This document shows, in pieces, positions 12,918-20,299 of a DNA stretch of 35,458 nucleotides (the stretch's first letter is position 1; each line of letters opens with the position of its first letter). A model generated the notes under the pieces. It saw only the letters and a list, made by a program, of their open reading frames with translations. It made no database searches and was not told where the DNA came from. The stretch covers positions 1-35,458 of the forward strand of contig JACREK010000001.1 in the NCBI GenBank assembly GCA_016218275.1, written 5' to 3'. Both the position numbers and the translations under genes were made by a program. Source of the stretch: Candidatus Gottesmanbacteria bacterium (GTDB taxonomy: Bacteria > Patescibacteriota > Microgenomatia > 2-02-FULL-39-11).

Positions 12918-13952
12918 ATGAAAATAGATGGTAGACTTATAGCCGAAGAAATCAAAGAAAGACTTAAAAAGGAAGTCGCTTCTTTATCCTCTCAAAACAT
13001 CACTCCCCACCTTGCCGTAATCCTCGTTGGTAATAATCCAAGCTCACTTGTCTATATAAGACAAAAGAAAAAAGTAGGAGAAGAAATAGGAGTTAAAGTA
13101 GTCGTTTATAATTTATCAAAAAGCGATAAAGACACCTCGGATGGTGTGCAAAGCACTCCTCCGAGGTGGAGGAATCTAAAAGATAAACTAATCAACCTCG
13201 TAAATAAATTAAATAGTGATCCATCAGTCCATGGAATCATCATTCAGCGTCCCCTTCCAATAGATATTGGAAAAGATGAATTGGATCGTTTGGTAATACC
13301 AAAAAAAGATGTTGACGGCTTTCATCCCGAATCTCCCTTTACTCCTCCTGTTGCTCTAGCTGTAATAAAAATACTGGAATGGGTCTCTCTGAATTCACCT
13401 GGAAGGAGTCCATACGGCCACCTTCCAGGTGTTGCGAAGCGATTCCTGGAAGGTGAATCTTGGGAAAAATGGTTAAAGAATAAACGAATCTTAGTCATCG
13501 GCAGGGGAGAGACGGCGGGAAGACCTATAGCAGAAACTCTAAAGAAAATTACCGACAAAATCACCATAGCCCATAGCAAAACAGCCAATTTGAAAGAGGT
13601 TTGTTTAGCATCGGATATAATTATTAGCTGCGTTGGCAAGAGGCCCATTTTGCGACGTTCGAAAGGACGTCCGCAAAATGGGCCCTTTATTGTACGACAT
13701 GATATGGTTTCGCCTGATACATTATTAATAGGTGTCGGTCTACACCAGGAAAACGGCAAATTAGCTACAGATTATGATCAGAAAGAAATTGCAGGAAAAG
13801 TAGCTTTCTACACACCAGTTCCAGGCGGGGTCGGACCGGTAAATGTAGCGTGTCTTATGGAAAATTTGATTTTTGCCACTAAGAGCCTGTTTGGAAACTG
13901 TCATTCCGAGCCCGCCCAGCTGGCGGGTCGAGGAATCTCTCAGCTTGTCTGA
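12918..13952 (+). CDS. folD: Bifunctional methylenetetrahydrofolate dehydrogenase/cyclohydrolase with three in-frame palindromic insertions and a MITE-derived C-terminus
   Basis: IDGR start, YxxxK (YIRQK), VHGIIIQRPLP, KDVDGF, TPVPGGVGPVNVACLMEN. Confidence 0.93.
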   Translation: MKIDGRLIAEEIKERLKKEVASLSSQNITPHLAVILVGNNPSSLVYIRQKKKVGEEIGVKVVVYNLSKSDKDTSDGVQSTPPRWRNLKDKLINLVNKLNSDPSVHGIIIQRPLPIDIGKDELDRLVIPKKDVDGFHPESPFTPPVALAVIKILEWVSLNSPGRSPYGHLPGVAKRFLEGESWEKWLKNKRILVIGRGETAGRPIAETLKKITDKITIAHSKTANLKEVCLASDIIISCVGKRPILRRSKGRPQNGPFIVRHDMVSPDTLLIGVGLHQENGKLATDYDQKEIAGKVAFYTPVPGGVGPVNVACLMENLIFATKSLFGNCHSEPAQLAGRGISQLV

Positions 13953-14036
13953 GAAAATGCTCGCATTTGCGAGAGATCCCTCCACGCGCCTTTCAGGCTT
14001 GGTCGGGATGACAATGATGAGTATTCAAACAGGCTC
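13883..14036. mobile_element. 154 bp MITE with 11 bp TIR and TAA target duplication, carrying a REP doublet
   Basis: TAA|GAGCCTGTTTG ... CAAACAGGCTC|TAA; internal TGTCATTCCGA..GAGGAATCTCTC ... GAGAGATCCCTC..TCGGGATGACA. Confidence 0.85.
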
Positions 14037-14062
14037 TAAGTCAATTAAGTACCTTAGGTAAC

Positions 14063-14989
14063 TTACTTCCTATGAAATCTTTGGTGGATCTCCCGAAGCT
14101 GAGGATTGGTGACATGAGTGTAGATTTGGGTAGTGGCAATGTTTTTGTGACCAAGCATCTCCTGAATGGAACGCAGATCAGCGCCTCCTGACAATAAATC
14201 TGTCGCGAACGAATGGCGGATGCCATGTGGGGTGATTTTAATCGGAAGCCTTCCCTTCCTGGCGTATTTTTCCACAATCCGCTGGATGCTTCTTGCGGTC
14301 AGACGAAAACCTTCTCCGGCTTTTCCTTCTTCTGCCTTCTTTCCGGCATACCTGATAAACAATGGGGCAAAAGCATCTTCCCTGGTTTTCAGGTATCTTT
14401 CCAACCAAAGACAAGCTGAGTCTGATAAAAAAACTACACGGGGCTTACCACCTTTGCCAATAACGCCAAATTCTTTTCTATCAATATTGATTGAATCTCT
14501 ATTAAGTCTGACCAACTCGCTGACCCTAAGACCGGTACTAAAGAGCATTTCCATAATGGCTTTATCACGAAGCCCTTGTGGAGTAGAAATCTCGGGCATA
14601 TTAAGAAGTCTTTCCACCTGTTCTCTGTCTAAAAATTTTAAAGATCTGCTCTCGGCTTTGCCCAATTCTACTTTCTCGGGATTAAGAGCGGCAATATTTT
14701 GGCGAATTAAAAATTTCAAAAAAGCGCGAAGAGCAATTAAATGATAATTCTGGGTGATATGCTTCAGAGTCAAACCGTGCTTGTCTGCAAATCTAGATAA
14801 ATATAATCTAAAAGATCGGATAAATTCCGGAGTAATTGAGGCAATATCTGACAGAGGAGGGGATTGGGAGGCGCCAAACTGTAAAAAACGGTTTAAATAA
14901 TGACGGTAATTCCGGATAGTGAGCTTAGAACAGTTTCTTTCAAGCTCCAGATATACTAAGAATTGGTTGACGGCATCCTCAATGGACAT
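14063..14989 (-). CDS. XerC/XerD-family tyrosine recombinase
   Basis: SAM-like N-terminal domain (TIRNYRHYL), TGLRVSEL, GKGGK, HGIRHSFATDLL, LGH, TTQIYTHV; complete R-K-H-R-H-Y set. Confidence 0.93.
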   Translation of the reverse strand: MSIEDAVNQFLVYLELERNCSKLTIRNYRHYLNRFLQFGASQSPPLSDIASITPEFIRSFRLYLSRFADKHGLTLKHITQNYHLIALRAFLKFLIRQNIAALNPEKVELGKAESRSLKFLDREQVERLLNMPEISTPQGLRDKAIMEMLFSTGLRVSELVRLNRDSINIDRKEFGVIGKGGKPRVVFLSDSACLWLERYLKTREDAFAPLFIRYAGKKAEEGKAGEGFRLTARSIQRIVEKYARKGRLPIKITPHGIRHSFATDLLSGGADLRSIQEMLGHKNIATTQIYTHVTNPQLREIHQRFHRK

Positions 14990-15118
14990 ATAAATTAAAT
15001 TTATTTTGCGATGATACTATCGTCGCAACAATAAATTTGAAATTGTATGACGTTTTTTAACGTCTATACAATTTCTATTTTGCGACATTTGAAGTAGTTT
15101 TGTCAAGATGTTTTATAA

Positions 15119-15307
15119 CTGACCCACCTGCAGTTTGAATATAGATTGTTCTAGTCATCCCGAGCGTAGTCGAGGGATCTCTCATATTTCAAGAATTATG
15201 GATATCTTAAGCTCGTCGCAGTAGAGTTTGAGAGATCCCTCCACTCCCTTCGGTCGGTCGGGATGACGGATGAATTGAGGCTAAACCGCAAAGTGCAGGT
15301 GGGTCAG
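15119..15307. mobile_element. 189 bp MITE with 18/19 bp TIR and 9 bp TSD, carrying a REP doublet
   Basis: GTTTTATAA|CTGACCCACCTGCAGTTTG ... CAAAGTGCAGGTGGGTCAG|GTTTTATAA; internal GTCATCCCGA..GAGGGATCTCTC ... GAGAGATCCCTC..TCGGGATGAC (15154-15267). Confidence 0.9.
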
Positions 15308-15316
15308 GTTTTATAA

Positions 15317-15447
15317 TTTCTAGCGCAGCAATATGAAATTTTCGATGATCGCCCCTCGGAGCCTCGGGGTAAACATCGCTTGCTTGCCCTGAGCAAGGTA
15401 AAACCGAGCGAAGGGCGAGCAAGAAAATTTTATATGCGAGCTAGAAA
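15317..15447. repeat. Imperfect inverted-repeat element enclosing two GA/GA REP-like hairpins
   Basis: TTTCTAGC..ATATGAAATTTTC ... GAAAATTTTATAT..GCTAGAAA; inner units at 15352-15374 (-) and 15382-15415 (+). Confidence 0.6.
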
Positions 15448-15524
15448 TGATTCATAAAAATGACCCTCTATAATGCCCTAGAAAGGCTTTTAAATATTTC
15501 AGACGAGGAATTCTTTGTCTTTGT

Positions 15525-15583
15525 TGTCATTCCGAATTTATTTCGGAATCTATAATAGATCCTGAAACAAGTTCAGGATGACA
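15525..15583. repeat. REP doublet (GTCATTCCGAA..TTCGGAATC / GATCCTGAA..TTCAGGATGAC type)
   Basis: TGTCATTCCGAATTTATTTCGGAATCTATAATAGATCCTGAAACAAGTTCAGGATGACA. Confidence 0.8.
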
Positions 15584-15675
15584 CTGCTGTGTGAGTTTCG
15601 GAAATCTTTCATAACAGATATTTTTCCAGTCGGGAAGAAAATGTGTAAATTAAATGGAAAATTAAAATTTCTAAA

Positions 15676-15757
15676 GTCCATTTTGCGACTGTCAAAACTT
15701 TGACGTTGCAAAATGGACGCCTTGCTTTTACGACATACGTTATATGTCGTAAAAGCA
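15676..15757. repeat. Two adjacent strong palindromes with TTTTRCGAC-type arms
   Basis: GTCCATTTTGCGAC..GTTGCAAAATGGAC (15676-15718) and TGCTTTTACGACATA-CGTTA-TATGTCGTAAAAGCA (15723-15757, 15 bp perfect arms). Confidence 0.75.
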
Positions 15758-15989
15758 TTATTGTGCGAACTATTAGCAATTCCGTTCCCTATCTGTCAGA
15801 ATCCCAACTAATTTAGCTTTGAAGTCGGACTTTATTATCTCGGAAGAGAGAATACTTGGTTTTCCAGTCCTAGGAGTATAGAGATGTAACCTCTTCTTCA
15901 TTTATTATTATAATCACTTCCGTATAGTACGTAACTATAGATATATAAGATATATAAAAGGGTTTTCGGTTTTTTTCCATTGCACTCGA

Positions 15990-16178
15990 TTTAGCGCATT
16001 ATTATGCTCTAAACTGTTTATTCTGAGACTAAATAAATAAGTTACTTGCCTCGGGACGATCCCGACGTTACGTCGGGATCACTTTAGGGCTTTATTAGGC
16101 TCTAAATTAATAAGTCCGAAGCTGATTTTAGGCGAATATAAGAAAAGAGTTTAGTTTAGAGCGTTATTATGCTCCAAA
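15990..16178. repeat. Three copies of a 24 bp imperfect palindrome TTTAGVGC-N8-GCTCYAAA
   Basis: 15990-16013, 16083-16106 and 16155-16178, same orientation of the TTATTA core. Confidence 0.7.
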
Positions 16179-16483
16179 TTATTAATTTTATGCGTAAATT
16201 TAGTGTTCAATTCCCCTCGGATCCGTGCTCCAACGATCCAGGATCGTTTCTACGGGAGTTCGATCCTGGATCGTATCTCATCCGTGAAAAGCTGGAATAA
16301 ATATCGTGAAAACTATCCACATTCGCTCCCTTCGTCGCTGATGCTCCTCAGGGTAAACCCTTCGGTCGCTCAGTGTAAACACATTTTATTACTATACTAT
16401 TACTATAGGATATTATAGGCCTGTGTTATATCAAACTATATCACCCTTCATCCCTTCACCACTTCCCTCTTCCCCGCCGAAAC

Positions 16484-16555
16484 AATCAATTAATTATCCA
16501 ATTATCAAATTATCCAATTCTCAAATAATCAAATATTTTTGATTGGATAATTTGT
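16484..16555. repeat. Octamer-periodic palindromic element, copy 1
   Basis: AATTATCC AATTATCA AATTATCC AATTCTCA AATAATCA AATATTTTTG ATTGGATAATTTGT. Confidence 0.85.
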
Positions 16556-16560
16556 CTCCC

Positions 16561-17376
16561 CTATCCCCAAGAAGTGATAAGAAAAGATAAGACAAATGTA
16601 AAAATAAATGCCAGAATATATTCCCTGATGGTATTGGCAAATAATTTTTCTAAAAGATGCTGCTGAACAATACCTACCAATGTATAGAAGCCGGCGGTGA
16701 TAAAAAGTGATACCGTCGCCATCTGTATAGGCCAAAATGATAATACCGCCGCCATTTCTCCGATACTGATGCTTATGACAAAAGCGTATATAACAATTTC
16801 CCTGGAAATTGCGGGTGTCAGTTTGACCGACCAGACAGATTGTAAGCTTAAAATAAATACTAAAGGAGTCAGAAACAGCATATTCACTAAAAAAGACGAT
16901 CTAGTGGAAAAAATGATACTGACCAATAAAAAAACAACTATCAATGTAATCAGAAGGCCGACGCTCTGAGCAACTCTTAAAAGCTGTATCGAGCGCGCAG
17001 CAGCTACATTATATATATTTTCAGCAAGAAGTGTTGCATAAGTACCTACGGCAAAAACAGCTGTAGTCAATAACCTGGTTATCCATCGGCCAGGTAACAA
17101 AAAATAAAATAAAGAAACGGATGCGGTAAAAAATACGGGCAAAATAAAAAGCAAAAACCACTCTGTACCTTTGATATCTTCAGACAGCGACCAGGCAGTC
17201 AAAAGATAGGAAATTATCGATAAAATTACCACCATACCAAATCTATAATCTTCCCATATAAGTTGAGTAATAAGAAGTCCAAAAGTAAGGATTATTGTTT
17301 GAAGTGCAAACCGCTGTCGTTTGTCTAAACTTAAAAGAAAATGCCGATGAGGAATAAATTTAAAAAAACGTTCCAT
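16561..17376 (-). CDS. Polytopic membrane protein of unknown function
   Basis: 271 aa with about 9 hydrophobic segments and a hydrophilic ENIYNVAAARSIQLLRVA motif; co-oriented downstream of yebC. Confidence 0.8.
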   Translation of the reverse strand: MERFFKFIPHRHFLLSLDKRQRFALQTIILTFGLLITQLIWEDYRFGMVVILSIISYLLTAWSLSEDIKGTEWFLLFILPVFFTASVSLFYFLLPGRWITRLLTTAVFAVGTYATLLAENIYNVAAARSIQLLRVAQSVGLLITLIVVFLLVSIIFSTRSSFLVNMLFLTPLVFILSLQSVWSVKLTPAISREIVIYAFVISISIGEMAAVLSFWPIQMATVSLFITAGFYTLVGIVQQHLLEKLFANTIREYILAFIFTFVLSFLITSWG

Positions 17377-17384
17377 AAAAATTA

Positions 17385-17441
17385 GAGAGATCCCTCAGCC
17401 TGATGGCTTCGGGATGAGGGTGGGAATAATGTTCCACCCTC
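17385..17441 (-). repeat. Hairpin plus solo REP between yebC and the membrane protein gene
   Basis: GAGGGTGGGA..TTCCACCCTC hairpin overlapping the yebC stop, followed on - by TCATCCC-GA..GA-GGGATCTCTC. Confidence 0.7.
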
Positions 17442-18183
17442 ACTTAATATATTCATCCGGAATATCAAAATTAGCGTATACTTTTTGTACATCGTCCATA
17501 TCTTCAATTGCTGAAAGAAGCTTCAATATTTGCGCTGCAGTTTCTTTTTTTTCTATAGGTATGGTTGTTATCGGATGATAATCCAACTCAGACGAGGAGA
17601 CCGACAGGCCGAAAGCAATTAGTGCTTCCTTAATTTTATGCAACGAAGAAGGCTCTGTGAATATTTCGACATATTCCCCTGCATCTGAAATATCTGTCGC
17701 TCCGGCATTTATGGCCGCCTCCATTATTTCATCAAAAGATTTTTTGTCTTTCGCCACAGTTATCAAACCTACATACTTGAAAAAATGAGAGACGGAGCCG
17801 CTGGCAGCCAATACTCCCCCGCCTCTCTCCAAAATATTTTTTAGTTCAGAAACAGTTCTCTGTTTGTTGTTTGTAGCCGCCTCAATTATCACTCCTACAC
17901 CCCCGGGAGCAAACGCTTCATAAACTGCTTCCTGAAGTGTCCCTCCCTCCTCTCCCCCTCTGGCCCGTTCAATTGCACGTTCTATGTTTTCTTTAGGCAT
18001 ATTGTAAGAACGTGCTTTATCAATTGCCAGTCTTAATTTGAAGTTAAAATTGGGATCCGGACTTCCCCCTTCACCAACAGCAATTGTTATAGCATTGGCA
18101 AATTTGGTAAAAACTTTGCCTTTTGCCGCGTCTGTTGTCTCTTTCTGATGTTTTACTTTTGACCACTTGGAGTGACCGGACAT
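17440..18183 (-). CDS. yebC: YebC/PmpR (TACO1) family protein
   Basis: MSGHSKWSKVKHQK, NMPKENIERAI, YEAFAPGGVG, DDVQKVYAN. Confidence 0.96.
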   Translation of the reverse strand: MSGHSKWSKVKHQKETTDAAKGKVFTKFANAITIAVGEGGSPDPNFNFKLRLAIDKARSYNMPKENIERAIERARGGEEGGTLQEAVYEAFAPGGVGVIIEAATNNKQRTVSELKNILERGGGVLAASGSVSHFFKYVGLITVAKDKKSFDEIMEAAINAGATDISDAGEYVEIFTEPSSLHKIKEALIAFGLSVSSSELDYHPITTIPIEKKETAAQILKLLSAIEDMDDVQKVYANFDIPDEYIK

Positions 18184-18280
18184 AAATTATAATTGTTATA
18201 ATAATTATAATAGTTATATTTTACTTTGACTCTTGACTTTTCTCAATGGGACTCTTAAACTACCGTTATCTTTTCCACCA

Positions 18281-18997
18281 ATGTCTGACCAAACTTCACT
18301 TGCTATCCAAGCCGCATTATCCAATAACTGGGATAAAGCAATCGAAATAAATGAATCAATCCTGAAAGAAAACCCAGAAGACATAAATTCCATGAATAGA
18401 CTGGCATTTGCTCTTATACAGATGCAAAAAATTGATGAAGCCAAAAAAATCTATAAAAAAATACTTATAAAAGACAAATATAATTCAATTGCCCAAAAGA
18501 ATTTGGATAAAATCAGCAGTTTATCAAAAAATAAAAAAAAGGCTTTCGCCAAAAATAAAATCTGTACCTTATCTCCCTCTCTTTTTATAGAAGAACCGGG
18601 AAAAACAAAAACCGTAACGCTGGCAAATATTGCACCTTCATCGGTTCTTATAAATATAAATATCGGTGATGAAGTTTCCTTAAATCCGAAAAAACACTCG
18701 CTTGAAGTGCGAAGTTGTAATAAAGTCTATCTGGGAGCATTGCCGGATGATATAGCTTTTCGACTGCTGCGTCTGATAAAGAGTGGCAACAGCTATCATG
18801 TAAATGTCAAGAATATTTCCAAAAACAGTATCTCCGTATTTATTCGTGAACTAAAAAGGGGTAAGCGTTTTGCCACTCAACCGTCATTTGTAACACTTCT
18901 TCCTGACAGAAGCCATATTTATTCGCTGCATCACGAAAAAAATTCCGAGGAAGAGGAGGAAGAGGATAAACCGCCTGAGGCAGATTTGGACGAATAA
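18281..18997 (+). CDS. TPR-containing protein with C-terminal beta domain and acidic tail
   Basis: AIQAALSNNWDKAIEINESIL..NRLAFAL TPR pattern, FIEEPGKTK motif; ATG 18281 preferred over TTG 18233. Confidence 0.8.
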   Translation: MSDQTSLAIQAALSNNWDKAIEINESILKENPEDINSMNRLAFALIQMQKIDEAKKIYKKILIKDKYNSIAQKNLDKISSLSKNKKKAFAKNKICTLSPSLFIEEPGKTKTVTLANIAPSSVLININIGDEVSLNPKKHSLEVRSCNKVYLGALPDDIAFRLLRLIKSGNSYHVNVKNISKNSISVFIRELKRGKRFATQPSFVTLLPDRSHIYSLHHEKNSEEEEEEDKPPEADLDE

Positions 18998-19164
18998 TGG
19001 ACTATTTTCTCTTTAAGAAAAAGGATAACTCCGGAAATTTTTTTCTTCCTGGGAATCTTTAATTTTTTAATTTCCAATGGCACTGCTAATTCACGGTCAA
19101 CCGATCGTACCGCCAAAAAAACAGAAATAATAAAAAGTATTATGAATACAACCCCGTTTATCAT
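18931..19164 (-). CDS. Small single-TM hypothetical protein
   Basis: N-terminal TM helix, ATGA overlap with the upstream gene stop; 3' end overlaps the convergent TPR gene. Confidence 0.65.
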   Translation of the reverse strand: MINGVVFIILFIISVFLAVRSVDRELAVPLEIKKLKIPRKKKISGVILFLKEKIVHYSSKSASGGLSSSSSSSEFFS

Positions 19165-20132
19165 TTTATAAAACCTTCGCCCAACAATAGTTTAATATCC
19201 ACACTGCTGGCTTCCTTCATATTTGTACCGTCTTCCATCTTACACTGATAATGGTTTACCAGTCTTTTAATCAGTATACCATTTCTTTTATTAAAAACTT
19301 TCACCAAACAGGAAAATTTTTCTGTTTGTTCCGATGTAGTTTTTGCGATTACATTGGCTCCAAGATTTTTTAAAACTCTGCCTACTTGAGTTGCCAGCTT
19401 ATCCACATCAGTTGCATTAACCACTTCCAAACTTACATTTTCAAAGCGAATTATGATATCCTCAAAATCATTTCCTATCACAAAATCAAATATATCGTTG
19501 TCGATTATTTTTACTGTCGTTTGGTCAGCTAATTTATTATCTGTCAAAGCTGTACTTTCGGACATATTTATAAGCTTTATTTTATCGCTTCTTAAATTTT
19601 TTATTTCCTGCCAGATACGATATAAATCCGCCAATGTCAAGTTAGTTTCATATTGACTGCCTTCCCTTAAAAATTTCAAAATAACGCCCGGCAGACTGGT
19701 ATATGAGAAATAATTCTTTTTTATATTCTTAATATCTTCTGAAGAGTTTATGGAAAATTTACTCATTCCCTCTTTTGGGGAAACATAACCGTCTATCATA
19801 ATCCCCAGTGAATTTTCAACACTTCTGGTCAATAAAAAACCGGAACGATGCTTGTTTTCCAGCTTACCTAATCGGAAAATCGATGAGGCTTTATAATCAC
19901 CGTATCCAAAAGGCACTTCCAGAAAAGTATTTGCAGGAATAGTCAAAACAGCCGCTCTATGAGTATTTGGCTCAAGAGATACTACTGTTAGGGGCTCACC
20001 GTTTAGCACAAATGTAAATCTTCCCGCCTCCCTCCATAATCTTCCCTTCCATACCAAAAAGATAGCTGTTATTAACAATAAAAAGATAGCCGCCAAAAAA
20101 AAGATTGCGGCACTTTTTCTCCTACTCCTCAT
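19161..20132 (-). CDS. Membrane-anchored LCP-like / LytR C-terminal domain protein
   Basis: N-terminal anchor, LTIPANTFLEVPFGYG, TNLTLADL, LEVVNAT..LA and DIKLLLG LytR_C-type motifs. Confidence 0.75.
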   Translation of the reverse strand: MRSRRKSAAIFFLAAIFLLLITAIFLVWKGRLWREAGRFTFVLNGEPLTVVSLEPNTHRAAVLTIPANTFLEVPFGYGDYKASSIFRLGKLENKHRSGFLLTRSVENSLGIMIDGYVSPKEGMSKFSINSSEDIKNIKKNYFSYTSLPGVILKFLREGSQYETNLTLADLYRIWQEIKNLRSDKIKLINMSESTALTDNKLADQTTVKIIDNDIFDFVIGNDFEDIIIRFENVSLEVVNATDVDKLATQVGRVLKNLGANVIAKTTSEQTEKFSCLVKVFNKRNGILIKRLVNHYQCKMEDGTNMKEASSVDIKLLLGEGFIK

Positions 20133-20268
20133 ATTTACCCTTTTTAATGATTTCCACCTTCGGCAAGACGAAGGATTGTTTTTGGGTCATCATTTGGGCT
20201 TTTTTCTCAAGAAGAGCTTTTTTGGCTTTTTTCCGATCACCCTTATAAAAACCTCCAAATTGTCCCAT
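20122..20268 (-). CDS. 48 aa basic small protein missed by the ORF track
   Basis: MGQFGGFYKGDRKKAKKALLEKKAQMMTQKQSFVLPKVEIIKKGKYEE*; SD AAAGGAGG directly upstream; fills the gap in the operon and overlaps the next start by 11 nt. Confidence 0.75.
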   Translation of the reverse strand: MGQFGGFYKGDRKKAKKALLEKKAQMMTQKQSFVLPKVEIIKKGKYEE

Positions 20269-20299
20269 ATTCCTCCTTTCGTTCCTCAAGGTAAACCTT

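Noticed and set aside
14063..14989. Integron integrase or prophage integrase
   Set aside because: Xer-like length with no evident IntI-specific insertion, no attC-cassette array and no phage genes.
15773..15901. 42 aa minus-strand ORF MKKRLHLYTPRTGKPS...
   Set aside because: No recognisable motif, weak SD and short enough to arise by chance; may be a gene remnant.
15990..16178. CRISPR array
   Set aside because: Only three degenerate 24 bp units with unequal gaps (69 and 48 bp), one containing another palindrome, and no cas genes in the window.
16310..16430. oriC (CTATCCACA followed by TACTAT/TAG-like triplets)
   Set aside because: Only one imperfect box, which overlaps a REP end; no box cluster and no dnaA/dnaN; cannot be supported without skew data.
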